From the NCBI RefSeq assembly GCF_006345805.1, contig NC_043014.1, positions 37,386,001 to 37,450,000 of the forward strand: a DNA stretch of 64,000 nt, written 5' to 3'. The position numbers and the translations under genes were made by a program. The notes under the pieces were generated by a model. It saw only the letters and a list, made by a program, of their open reading frames with translations, ran no database searches and was not told the origin of the DNA. Source of the DNA: Octopus sinensis. Its lineage: Eukaryota. Shown piece by piece: positions 46,801 through 60,161 of this stretch (the stretch's first letter is position 1; each line of letters opens with the position of its first letter).

Positions 46801-47460
46801 TGCCAGAGTGGCATGGCTTGTCCTCATTTCTTCCACACCAGAAAAATATGTATCCACCTTCACTTTCTTCTGACTGTGATGATCCTGCAAGGCGAGTTTC
46901 ACTGAGTGCAGCTATGTCAATAATGTATTTCTTTAGATCAAGGGCAACTAGTACTGTTTTTCGTTCCGGTGCTGAGTGATTGACTTGGAGGGTACGTACA
47001 TTCCAAGAGCCAAAATTAATATTCTTATATTACTTCATGTTTCAGTTATATTACTGAATAACCAGACAGCTGCAGTGGGCTACCAAGTTTAAGGTGAGTA
47101 AGCAATGTTTAGGGCTCCTTTTCTCACCCCTCCCCCTGTTGGGGAAACTGCGCTGTGCCTAAATAGACCTGCTTTGTCACCACTGGAAGTCACAGACAGC
47201 ACAGTTACTCACAAGTTCTGTGCTGGAATGGCCATCACCTAATGGTCGCCGACAATGTAGAGATCCAGTTAAAGATTTCCAGTAATATCCTTTACCTGTC
47301 CTGCCGCTTTCACTTTCTCGCCAGAGGACTTTTTGTTTTTGCACCACTCATCACCAAGCAAGTTTGTTGGGGTTGCCAATTCAGTCGCCGATGACCCGAA
47401 CATGCAACAGGTTGTACTGGGTTACATGTTACCAGCAGTGCTCAAGAGCGACTTGACTCA
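43880..47460 (-). mobile_element. Second RTE-clade LINE (BovB-like), near full length, decayed
   Basis: APE: GSWNVRTL, DIAALSETRL, WMHPRSKDWHLIGYVI; RT: CDNYRRISFLSIAGKILA, FVDLTQAF, GTKQGCV; C-terminal CSICSLLCKSLAGLKCH; 5' UTR about 47040-47460. Confidence 0.9.
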
Positions 47461-47479
47461 CACACACACACACACGTTA

Positions 47480-47563
47480 TGTAGACGAATATATATATAT
47501 GTATGTATGTATGTTTGTATATATATATATATATGTATGTATATATATATATACACATATATG

Positions 47564-47607
<44 letters not shown>

Positions 47608-47860
47608 TAGGTAAATGGGTATGTAAGTAAACAGATAGATAAGCAGATACATAGGTAATACGGATAGACAAATACACACACATACACAAAAGAAGACTGA
47701 AACACGACCATATACACACACTCCACACACAATGACACATATAGAGACACAGCCATACATAACAGACGCATGTACATAGGCACTCAAACCCATACACATA
47801 GACACATTCAAACATGCACACACAAACACATGAATATGCAGAATACATACATATAAATGT

Positions 47861-47898
<38 letters not shown>

Positions 47899-48007
47899 GA
47901 TGTGTCAGTGTGCATATGTATACACATATGTATGTATGAATGCATGTGTGTATGCATATATATATATATGCATACATATGTGTGTATGCATATATATATA
48001 TATATAT
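47480..48007. repeat. Compound TA/CA/TG microsatellite region
   Basis: Direct inspection. Confidence 0.9.
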
Positions 48008-48372
48008 ATTTACTCTTTACTCTTTTACCTGTTTCAGTCTTTTGACTGCGGCCATGCTGGAGCACCGCCTTTAGTACTTATTCTATCGGTCTCTTTTTGC
48101 CGAACCGCTACGTTACGGGGACGTAAACACACCAGCATCGGTTGTCAAGCAATGCTAGGGGGACAACACAGACACACAAACACACACACATATATATACA
48201 TATATACGACAGGCTTCTTTCAGTTTCCGTCAACCAAATCCACTCACAAGGCATTGGTCGGCCCGGGGCTATAGCAGAAGACACTTGCCCAAGGTGCCAC
48301 GCAGTGGGACTGAACCCAGAACCATGTGGCTGGTTAGCAAGCTACTTACCACACAGCCACTCCTGCGCCTAC
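48008..48372 (-). mobile_element. SINE family A, well-preserved copy
   Basis: Reverse complement of 62983-63365. Confidence 0.9.
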
Positions 48373-49174
48373 ATATATGCATACACACATGCATTCATAC
48401 ATACATATGTGTATACATATGCACACCGACACACACACAAAAAGAATGCACCTTCAACGCTCGAATTCATATATGTATGTGTGTGTGTGTGTGCATGCAT
48501 ACATTTTGCATGCGTTCTTAAGTCTTTTCAACCAGTATTTTTTCTTGTACTAGAATGTTAGCATGGCCTAGTAAAAAGAAAAACTAACAAAAACAAAAAA
48601 AAAAAAAGAAAGAGAAAAGAAACAATTTGTCTGATGCAGGAACCGGAAAAGCAAGTTCGGATTCACTCTGCACCGACTCTTTCAAAGTTCTCATCTGCAC
48701 ATTGTGACGTGTTCATTAAATGTTGCAACAACATTGATGACCATAAAAATGACCTTTTTCTAGGTCAATTACTGTAGTTATTTAATCTCATTACGAAATA
48801 TCCTTGAAATACCAATGAGTTAAGAGATGAAAGTAATTTTCAAGATTACACATGCTTTCATCATATACATGCGTAAACAAACTTTACCCCCCCACTAGAC
48901 ATGATTAGAGTAATGACTTTTTTTTTATGTTGTATGAGAAGAATAAACTTATACAACATTCAAATTTTATGCAGGAGAGTTATCGTTAAACGATGTTCAT
49001 AAGTTTGTGTATAAACAAACGTAAACAAGTGAATACACAACCACATAAGATCGTAGCTCGCACTTGCTCAATTTTCAGTACATAAGCGGCACACTTTCTC
49101 TGTCTCTCTCTCTATATATATATATGAGATCTTTATAATATATAATTTATATATAAATATATATACATACATAC

Positions 49175-49219
<45 letters not shown>

Positions 49220-50937
49220 TGTATTTAGAATAATTATAAATATACTAAGTTGTTCTTAGGCTGGCGTATATATACTTATATATATATACTTGTATGTATG
49301 TATGATTTGGACTTTTCTTTTAGAAATATTTTTTAAAGAATTTGGAAATTAATCTTTTAGAGTATGGCATAAATATTATTCTTTGATATAAAAGCAGAAG
49401 TATACAAGCAACGTGTTGCTCATCACACCAGCCACACCTGTAGCGCATAAGCGACCCTCTACACTCCTTTGGCAATATTGTCAGTCATGACTGATTGATG
49501 CTGAGCCTCGATGTGGCATACACACCCACTGTCACACTAGTAAATGTGTTAGACAGGGGTGCTGCCAGACCAGACAAACGCACAAAATAAACTTCAGGTA
49601 CACACAGACACACTTGCTAACCAACTACAACAAAAGAGTTTGACTGACGTGCTCCTGATCTGGTCCCTGTATCTGGCTATTATTCTTGGACCTGCTGTAA
49701 TAGTGCTTACACCTGCACAGAGTGGCTGAGCTTCGTACAGGTGACCTGTTTCCCCGTTATCGTCTTTCCTCTTTGCCCGCACCTCTACAACAATTCCTCC
49801 ACTGTCGCTATTTCATTTACCCACAACCAACTTGACATATGAAGACTGATACAAAAACAAGAAAATAATTACAATATTAATACACTGGATACACCTTCCG
49901 GACACCAAATTAATGATCTACACAGCTTTGTGTTCGATTTTATGGACATTTAGTATCAGCATTGGAACTGTTTAAACGAACTTGATCAACTTGACTCTCT
50001 GTTACATCTATCACTCTGGTGAAACTTCCGACAGCTGTATTTGGGAAGAATTTACTCCGAACTAGTGACTGGTTCTTCGGCACACTTGATATCCATTTAT
50101 ATACGAAAAAATTCGATAACTGGTCAGGATTTTACATGCATTGTACGTCTTAATGTGTTGTGTTTCATAATTATAAGTGTGGTCTTAAAAGGAGAGAAAT
50201 CGGTTGTATCTTGGACGCGTTGAAAACATTCGGTGGTACAAAAAAAAAAAAAAATTACGAAAAATACTCGGTGGTAATATCAAAAATTTCTGTATTTGTT
50301 TTTAAAGTTTATGTTGAAGTCTTCACGACTCATTCTATTAAATCTCTGTCAATTTTAAAGCTACACCACCTTTTGGTAATGGTGCTTGAGGGATATCGTC
50401 ACAATCACTCATCTAGGACCCAGTCTTAACAAGACACGTTTGATCACTTATGGCTATGCCGTTTCTTATTTGACTTTTTTTCTCTCTGTCATATGAAATC
50501 GTTGTTCGTCTCGTCAGTCCCTGTAGCCGTCTCACGATGTGGATTGTAAACATTTCGATTTAACCCAAATTAATTCAACACCCCACCCTTTTTTCTTCTA
50601 CTCATGAACTCTTTTTTCTGTTTAAAATTATAAACTTTAGCATTGGATCTGCTGAGCAACAAAGAAAATTATTGCCATTTATATAAATGTATCAGTCTTC
50701 CACCTGCCTTACCAATTCCGTTTGTCATAGAAGCTATAAAAATATAATTTTACCAGTAGTATTTGGTTACCTGTGATAACTTAATCATCTAGCCTATTCT
50801 TTGTGTTTGGCTTTTGGGACTATGTCGTCCTTTTCCTACCACGTAAACTGTCTTTCAAGAACGAAGATTCTTGCCTCCAGCAGTGTCTATTGCCATCCAG
50901 TGTACAACAAGAGTGATTATACACAACTTTCTTCGAG

Positions 50938-52944
50938 ATGATGAAGAAAATCACTTGGAAAGGTTTTCGGTTGCCCAACAGTGGGCAACAGCAGCGCCAA
51001 AAATCAGGCAGCACTAGTACTAATTCTTCAGTACCGTCCCCGTCCTCTACCTCTAACGATATTTTAAGTAGTGGATACCACGGCAGTGTAAACCACAGTC
51101 AATCTTTGTCGCGACTACACCTGGACGACAGTGGTCAAGAAAGTGAAGATATGGTTTTCCTGCCAGCAGATGGCAGCTGCACAGAGTTACAGCAACAACA
51201 TGAAGGTAATTGCAAGAAAAGGCAAATACAAATGACATCGAAGAAGTTGTTTTCAGCTTCATTGAATTCACCATATTCACAAAACATGCCTACATCGAGT
51301 ACTGTAAATAGCACTTCCACAGAATCATTTTGCTCATCAACTTCGAATAGTACACTTACAAATACCAATGTGATTTCTACAATGAAAAGTCCAGAAGTAA
51401 CCCACAGTTCATCATCTAATGCTCTGTCTAGCAATATTTCATCCTCAGTTTCATCTTATTCTCTTTCTTCTCCGACGTATTGTCCAAGCAATGGTGGTTC
51501 ATCTCCTACTTCAATGCAATCTCAGCACTACCAGATTGATATGTTGCAGTCTCACCGACATCATAGCCATCATCCTAATAAAGAAGACAACAGCTTGCTT
51601 ATTGTTCCTATGGTTGAGCAAGTAGGTGTTCCACCTAAACAACGCAAAGAGAAGAAGAATCTTCTGCGCAATCTGAGGCGATGTTTTACACCTACACTTC
51701 ATCGAAAGGTTAGTGGTAGCCATGAACATCTCCCCAATAATTCTTCATTGACACCAGCACCTGCTGTGTCACGGAAGGGTGTTGTTTCAGAGCACATCAA
51801 AGGATGTCAGCCTGTAACAGGAGGGAATACCAGTGGTCGGAAATTGACACACAAACCTCTGTCACTTGTTCGTGAACGATTAGCAAGAGGACCTAGTTGT
51901 AATTCAAGTGGAGCTACACCAAATGCAGGTAATTCTAATGCAGATAAAAATTCCTCAGATTGTTGCAATCTTCAAAACTCCACTTTAACAAAAATAAATG
52001 AGATGCATTTATATTCCGCATCAGATGGAACAATTCATGACAACTGTAAAACTGGCAATTGCAAAACCAAGGACATATCAAGGTTTCAGAAGAAACTTTT
52101 AGAGGATTATATTAGTGGGGATAGTGCTACAACTTGTATAAATCCTTTTCGGGGTTCATCTTCATCCAGGAGTACTCAACAAAAATCTCTAACAAACTCT
52201 GGTGTTTCTGAAAATAATACAGAAAACAGGAGATTGTCAATGACTTGTGAGCAATTTGCTCAAGCCCTTAATGAACGCCCAAGTCATACAACTTGGGATC
52301 GGTGCCCTCCAACAGACAGACAAGACTCAGAGACTGCTGATAAATGTAACCCGTATGAATCTTGTACTGACCCACCAGGGTCATGCAGCAGTTTATTGCC
52401 TCATTATGATGCTGTTAGATTGGATTCTCCTAAAATAGGGAGCCTCACTGAGGAGCTCTTTCGACTATCCAAATTTGGCTGGTACTGGGGCCCAATTACT
52501 CGAGTTGAAGCTGAACAAAAGCTTCTTAATCAACCTGATGGGGCTTTTTTAGTGCGTGACAGCTCTGATGAACGATACCTTCTCAGTTTGAGCTTTCGCT
52601 CTTACGGTAAAACTTTGCATACGCGTATTGAACATTGTAATGGAATGTTTAGCTTTTATGCTCAACCAGACACAGAAGGTTATCCTTCCATTGTGGATTT
52701 AATAGAACATTCAATGAGTGACTCTGAACAAAAAACTAGAATAATTTGCTACTATAGATACTGGCTGCCTGGATCACCATCATTTCCCGTCCGATTAACA
52801 AAACCTGTATCTCGTTTCACCCAAGTGCGCTCATTACAGTATTTATGCAGGTTTGTTATACGACAGTACACTCGTTTCGATCACATTCAACAGCTGCCCC
52901 TGCCAAATAGTATCAAAGGTTGGATTGAGGAGAACCAGTACTAA
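50938..52944 (+). CDS. SOCS6: Suppressor of cytokine signaling 6 orthologue, 668 aa, single coding exon
   Basis: SH2 GWYWGPITRVEAEQKL...GAFLVRDSSDERYLLSLSFRSYGKTLHTRIEH and SOCS box VRSLQYLCRFVIRQYTR...LPLPNSIK closely match vertebrate SOCS6 as recalled; N-terminus MKKITWK resembles SOCS6 MKKISLK. Confidence 0.95.
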   Translation: MMKKITWKGFRLPNSGQQQRQKSGSTSTNSSVPSPSSTSNDILSSGYHGSVNHSQSLSRLHLDDSGQESEDMVFLPADGSCTELQQQHEGNCKKRQIQMTSKKLFSASLNSPYSQNMPTSSTVNSTSTESFCSSTSNSTLTNTNVISTMKSPEVTHSSSSNALSSNISSSVSSYSLSSPTYCPSNGGSSPTSMQSQHYQIDMLQSHRHHSHHPNKEDNSLLIVPMVEQVGVPPKQRKEKKNLLRNLRRCFTPTLHRKVSGSHEHLPNNSSLTPAPAVSRKGVVSEHIKGCQPVTGGNTSGRKLTHKPLSLVRERLARGPSCNSSGATPNAGNSNADKNSSDCCNLQNSTLTKINEMHLYSASDGTIHDNCKTGNCKTKDISRFQKKLLEDYISGDSATTCINPFRGSSSSRSTQQKSLTNSGVSENNTENRRLSMTCEQFAQALNERPSHTTWDRCPPTDRQDSETADKCNPYESCTDPPGSCSSLLPHYDAVRLDSPKIGSLTEELFRLSKFGWYWGPITRVEAEQKLLNQPDGAFLVRDSSDERYLLSLSFRSYGKTLHTRIEHCNGMFSFYAQPDTEGYPSIVDLIEHSMSDSEQKTRIICYYRYWLPGSPSFPVRLTKPVSRFTQVRSLQYLCRFVIRQYTRFDHIQQLPLPNSIKGWIEENQY

Positions 52945-54174
52945 AACTAAAGACACTACCAAACTCCCTTTCTTCTTTTTTTTTTTTCTTTTGATATTAC
53001 ACGCACACTTCAGAAAGTCATGGAAGCAAATAGAGATGTTGGTGTCAAGAAGTACTTATATTAATAATCCATGTACACCTCCCTAGTGACCCTAGATATG
53101 CACTAGTATTCAAGACTGCCTTCTTATAACCTCTTCTACCTTACTACTGAGTATTGCCTTATATTTCTTCACATTTAGTATTGAACATTGCCTTTTCTGT
53201 TTACTTTGACAGTACCTATTGTGAAGATTCACATGTACTCAATACTGCTTTGCTATCTTTCTATCTTCCTACCTGTTCAGTAGACACACACACAAACACA
53301 CACACACACAAACACAAAAACATAGTAGGTGAATAGTTGTAAGGATGCATTTCATTCACTATCATTCACACATTATACTGAGTACTGCCTTGTCCACCAA
53401 TGGAAACACTCAGTAGTGAAGTACATGTTTGCTCTCCCTTTCTTTTGTGCCCTCTCTCCCTCTCTCTCTCTCTCTCTTTCTCATACAGAGATAAACAAAA
53501 ATATGTACGAAAAAATCAAAACTGTATGCTTTAATTTCTCTGGACATCATTGCTGTGAATATACATAATTTAGAAAATATTGGCTCTATACTATTTTATT
53601 TTACTGCAGTAAGTGCATATAGAAGCTGTACATTTATACAGATTGCATATTGTGAAACAAACAGAGGTACTGCTTTCATGTATATTGTGTACATAAGTCG
53701 TAAATATATTTTAACAAAAATGATCAGCTCATGTGTAGATAACCAGCAAACCTTACTTTTTTTTTTTTTTAAACTTTGAAGAGAAAAATGATTTTCTACA
53801 CTTTTAAACACTTGATTTACAGCAGACTTACATACAAACACGGAGAAATGATATCATCTGGTGAGTACACACCTCGTTAGTGAACTAACAAAATGCTCCA
53901 AACCTGCAAATGTCTGAAGAATCTGTCTTGGCTTTTTTTTTTTGTTTTATTATTACATACAAGTCCCACTTTGCATTTTTCTTTTTTCTTTGCAGTTTAC
54001 AATACAAATGACTTGGTCGATGCTAATTGCTTACACAGACACAGACAGTCAGTTGTGGTCATGAACATAGTTATACATGCATATATAGTCTCAGACCTAA
54101 ACAGATAGATACATATATGTGTGTCTGCATGGAGTCACCTGTAAATAACGAATATTTGCAAATTTTCTCACATA

Positions 54175-54375
54175 CACACATTATATATATATATATATAT
54201 AATATATATATATATATATAATGTAGATGTTAGTATGTATATCTATGTATATGTAGATGTTTGTACGTATATTATAAATATATATATATATTTAGACGTT
54301 TGTATGTGTATTTATATATATATATAGATGTTCGTATGTATGTGTGTATATTTATATACATATAAATATGTATAC

Positions 54376-54408
<33 letters not shown>

Positions 54409-54492
54409 ATGTTGATGTTTGTATAGATATGTGTGTGTGTGTATACATGTATATATGAGCGTGTGCATGTGTATATTTGTGTATATGTCTGA

Positions 54493-54538
<46 letters not shown>

Positions 54539-54731
54539 AAGTATGTGTTTACATATGTATGTATAAGTATGTGTTTACATATGTATGTATAAGTATGTGT
54601 TTACATATATATGTATAAGTATGTGTTTACATATATATGTCTAAGTATGTGTTTACATATATATGTCTAAGTATGTGTATACATTTGTAGGTACAAGTGT
54701 GTATACATCTATATATAGGTATACATATAAG

Positions 54732-54764
<33 letters not shown>

Positions 54765-55418
54765 TATATGTATCTATAAGTATAAGTATATATATGTATC
54801 TATAAGTAAATGTATATATATATTTATATATATGAATAAGTATTATTTGTATGTATATATTTAGGTGTATGCATGTATATGTGTATGTATGTATATATAT
54901 ATGTGTATGTATATATATATGTGTATGTATGTATATATATATGTGTATGTATATATATGTGTACGTATGTATATATATGTGTACATATGTATGTATATAT
55001 GTGTATGTATATGTGTATAAATATATGTATGTATATGTGTATATATATATGTGTATGTATATATATATGTATAGATATATGTGTATGTATATATATATGT
55101 ATAGATATATGTATAGATATATGTGTATGTATATATATATGTATAGATATATGTACATATTTATATATGTATATTCATGTATGTATGTGTATATATATGT
55201 ATAAATATATATATATGTATGTACATGTATATATATGTGTGTATGTATGTATATGTATCTTTATGTATAGTCTGTTTATTTACTTGTGTTCCTTTCTCTT
55301 GAAGAAAGTAGGCTCAAAATGTAAAAGGCTTTCTCATCTTCCCATGCGTGAAAGTAACATACCTACTTGTTACTTATACATCTGTCTTTATCTTTTGTTT
55401 TTCTGCAAATTTCAACTA

Positions 55419-55457
<39 letters not shown>

Positions 55458-55910
55458 GAAATCGTATATATGTATCAAGAAAGATGTATTTAGGAAAAAA
55501 ATAATAAGGAAAGGAGACAAATGCTCAAGATGTTATTAAATCATATCTTCATTTCTCCTACACTTGTTTCAATAGATGCATCCAACAGGATGAATAATGG
55601 TCATCTATGCATCAGTCTCTTCAGGTGGGATATAAATGGACATTTTAACAGTGTGTGAAACCCCAGGCAATGTTAAGTATATATATATATATATATATAT
55701 ATACGCATGAGCAAACACGTGCACATAGACGCAATATTAGTTAATATAAACATATATATTTTGTGTGTGTGTGTATATATATATATAAAAATAAAAAATA
55801 AATATAGATATGTACGTATGTGTATATGTATGTATATATATATATATATAATGTATGTATGTATATAATGTATGTATGTATGTATATATGTATGTATATA
55901 TGTATGTATG

Positions 55911-55961
<51 letters not shown>

Positions 55962-56516
55962 GCATGTGTATGTATATATATATATATATATATGCATATA
56001 TATGTATGCATGTATATGTATATGTGTATATATATGTATGCATGTATATGTATATGTGTATATATATATATATGCATGTATATATGTATATGCATATATA
56101 TGTATGTATGTGTATATATGTGTGTATATATATGTATAGATATATCTATATATAGATATACTGATGTATATGTATAGATATACCGATGTATATGTGTAGA
56201 TATATTGATGTATAGGTGTAAATATATCAATGCATATGTATAGATATATCGATGTATATGTATAGATATATCAATGTGGATATATATATGTGTGTGTGTG
56301 TGTATATGTGTATATATATGTATATATGCATATATTTCTATGTATATTTATGTGTATCTATATGTATATATATATCTATGTATATATATGTGTGTATCTA
56401 TATGTATATATATCTATGTGTATATATGTGTGTCTCTATATGTATATATATCTATGTGTATATATGTATATATATGTGCATCTATATATATATATATATC
56501 TATATCTATATATATC

Positions 56517-56549
<33 letters not shown>

Positions 56550-57624
56550 GTGTATGTATGTATGTATATATATATATATGTGTATGTATGTATGTATATT
56601 TATGTGTATGTATGTATCATCATCATCATTTAGCGTCCGTTTTCCATGCTAGCATGGGTTGGACGGTTCTACTGGGGTCTGTGAAGCCAGAAGGCTTCAT
56701 CAGGCCCAGTCAAATCTGGCAGTGTTTCTACGGCTGGATGCCCTTCCTAACGCCAACCACTCCGTGAGTGTAGTGGGTGCTTTTTACGTGCCACCCGCAC
56801 TGGTGCCAGACAGAGCTGGCAAACGGCCACGAACGGATGGTGCTTTTTATGTGCCACCGGCACGAGGGCCAGGCGAGGCTGGCAACGGACACGAAACGGG
56901 GCGGTGCTGGCAACGGTCGCGAAACGGAAAGTTCTCTTACATGCCACCGGCACTGGTAACACATCTGCAATTTCCATTGATCGATTTCCATTGATCGATT
57001 TCGATTCTGATCCTCACTTGCCTCAATGGGTCTTCACAAGCAGAGTTTCGACATGCCACCGGCACTGGTAGCACATCCGCAATTTCCATATATATGTGTA
57101 TATATGTATGTATGTGTATATATGTATGTATGTATATATATATATGTATGTATATATATATATGTGTATATATATCTATGTATATATATATGTGTATATA
57201 TATGTATGTATATATATATATGTGTATATATATGTATGTATATATATATGTGTATATATATATATGTATATATATATGTGTATATATATATGTATGTATG
57301 TATATATATATGTGTATCTATATATATATATGTATATACATGTGTGTATGTGTATATATATATATATATATATGTATATACATGTGTGTATGTGTATATA
57401 TATATATGTGTGTGTATACATGTGTGTATGTATATATATAAATATATGTGTATACATGTGTGTATGTATATATATATATATATATATACATGTGTGTATG
57501 TGTATATATATATATATGTATATACATGTGTGTATGTATGTATATACATGTGTGTATGTATGTATATATACATATGTATGTGTACAAATATATATATATG
57601 TGTGTGTATATATGTATATGTATA

Positions 57625-57679
<55 letters not shown>

Positions 57680-57690
57680 GTGTGTATAAG
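54175..57690. repeat. About 3.5-kb compound (TA)/(TG)/(TATG) microsatellite field with short embedded elements
   Basis: Direct inspection; interruptions at about 55260-55420, 55480-55680 and 56617-57090. Confidence 0.95.
56617..57090 (-). mobile_element. RTE 3'-end fragment with repeat units and (GAT)n tail
   Basis: catcatcat...ggatgcccttcctaacgccaacc...tttttacgtgccacc units. Confidence 0.85.
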
Positions 57691-58344
57691 GTAAAAGTTT
57701 TTATCTTTCATTGTCTTCGAAATTGCTCTTAAATATGGTTTTGGACGTTTTGACTGCTCCTTCTAGCAAATATGGCTGTCTATTAATGGTCACCTTTTTT
57801 GTGTTTAAATGTACACTAATTCTATGTGTGTGTGTGTGTATATATATATGTGTGTGTGTGTCTGTGTATATACATATATGTGTATATACATGTATGTGAA
57901 TAAGTGTATAGATATGTGTATATATATGTATGTATATATTCTTTTTTTGAAGGACTGGTACTCGTTTTCTATCAATATCTTTTGTCAAACTGCTAATTTA
58001 TAGTCATGTAAACACACCAACACCCATTGTCAAGTGGTAGTGGTGGACAAACATGCACACACACAAACACACATTTGGAGAGGAGGTTTTTTTCTCAAAG
58101 AGTTAAGATTGAGTTAAATCCTTTTTATAGATTTGCAAGCGCTCGCTTGGAAACATTAAGAACTGAAAGTGCTTGCACATCTATAAAAGTAAAGCATACA
58201 CACATTTTGTGAAGTCTCTTCCCAAAGGTTAGTGTCTTTCGACTTTCTAAAATGGCTTTTCTGTCAATCTTAACTCTTAGAGAAAAAAATTTCTCTCCAA
58301 ATATACCTGTATCAAGGCATTTCAAAAACACTCTAAATATGTGC

Positions 58345-58415
<71 letters not shown>

Positions 58416-59041
58416 TATACACGACAAGCTCCTTTCAGTTTTTGTCTACCAAATCCATACAAAATGCTTTGGTTGACCTTAGTCTATAGTAGAAGGCACT
58501 AGCCCAAGATGCCACACAGTGGACTGAACCCAGAACCATGTGGTTGGGAAGCAAATTTTTTACCACACAGCTATACCTGTGCCTTTATCAATGTTTTTCT
58601 AGAATTGATCCTTCATCTTGACTACGGCTGTTTTAGATCCCAATTTCTAAACTTTCAACACCATATTGTAGTTAGCATAAACTGCTTACGTTTTCCAGTT
58701 TACTTGGAAACCTTTAGATTTATGTTGTTCAGTATTTGGTCAGTCCTGACCAAGCAAATCTCTGATCAAAGAGGCTCCAGATTTGATCTGCTCTCAACTT
58801 TTTATGATGCCTTAGTTTGTTCTGAATTACAATACATGGAAAACTTATATGCCAAAATTATGAGTTAAAAGAGTTAAGTAATTAAAAGCTTTCAAGCATA
58901 GCCATTAACAGAAAAGTAGAGTTCATGGAATAAATTACTGATACTGATTCCACAGACTCCTCTTGTCACACTCATGTAGATAAAGAGGAATGTCAACTGT
59001 CTGTGGGATTTGAACTTTGAGTAAGAAGGACTAGGTAAAAT

Positions 59042-59371
59042 GTAAAGACCCCTTTCAGTCATGAATGACTATGGGGTTGCACCTAGAAAGTTACCCTCTG
59101 AAGCACAAATCCAATTAAGGTTATTTTATGGAAGACCAGCAGTCGCCCATGCATACCAGCCTCCTCTCTCCACGCCACCAATGTTATCCAAGGGAAAAGC
59201 AAAGGCTGCTACAGCTTGGCACCAGTGACATCGCAACTCATTTCTACAGCTGAGTGAACTGGAGCAAGGTGAAATAAAGTGCCTTGCTCAAGAACACAAT
59301 GCACAACCTGCTCTGGGAATTGAACTCCCTACCTCATGGTTGTGAGCCCAGTGCTCTAATCACTGAGCCAT
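59042..59371 (-). mobile_element. tRNA-derived SINE family C
   Basis: Minus head atggctcagtgattagagcactgggctcacaaccatgagg...gttcaattccc, then cttgagcaaggcactttatttcac. Confidence 0.7.
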
Positions 59372-59940
59372 AACCTGTATACTTTAATGCATTTATCTGC
59401 TGAATCTCCATAACTTTGGCTTTAGTAAAATACCTGTAACTAGTTTGTTTATTGGTGTAAGGAGTTGTTGTTTGGCTCTTACGTAAAAATAAGGTGGAAG
59501 CAGCCGTTGTTTAGATGCAGGTCAGTCCTAGTCAAGCAGACTTATGAAAGTCATTCTAGCCATGATCATCCTGTCAATTTTATATCTCTAGGACTATTTT
59601 GTTGAATGTGTCAGCCTGCCTTTTGGTAAGATGGCAGTGAATAATGTGGAAGAACTTAGCTGCTGTTTTTCATAATCTGAGAAACTCTGTAATCTCATCT
59701 GTTGGTTCAGTAACAAGTGACCAAAAAGAATCCTTGCATGGCTTTATAGATTAAGGGTTAGCTAATGTCTGAGAGATTGGGGAACCTGTTCTTCCAAGAA
59801 CTATTTAGAGCAACTGTTTAGACATAGTAAAGATTTTTTTTCAGTTGAAACTTCCTATATTCAATCAGAACAAGTATATACCTAATTAAAGGGCTCAAAC
59901 TCAGCATTGTTAGGTATTAAGCGCAGTGCTCTGCCATTAA

Positions 59941-60161
59941 CCCTTTAGTGTTCGCATTATTCTGCCGCAATTAATGCTTCTTCATCCACATTATTTTGAA
60001 CTAATCATGCATCATCTTGTAGCTATGAGATTTTGATGAGGTAGCTATTAATTTTTAAAACGACATTGTAGGGTTGGTGTGAGAGACAAGATATGGCCAG
60101 TTTGAACATAAAACAGGCAGAACACTTTTGGCCGGATATGGCCGGTTTAAATGCTAAAGGG
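59941..60161. mobile_element. piggyBac-type MITE family 2
   Basis: TTAA|CCCTTTAG ... CTAAAGGG|TTAA. Confidence 0.85.

Noticed and set aside
47040-47460. Possible HDV-like or twister ribozyme in the RTE 5' UTR
   Set aside because: RTE 5' UTRs can carry them, but I could not identify the required pseudoknot pairings by eye; an Infernal or RNArobo scan would be needed.
54709-57711. Many long ORFs rich in Y/I/C/V/H/T (also 15997-16596, 36204-36586, 47442-48065)
   Set aside because: Translations of TA/TG/CA microsatellites, which lack stop codons in several frames; no protein signal.
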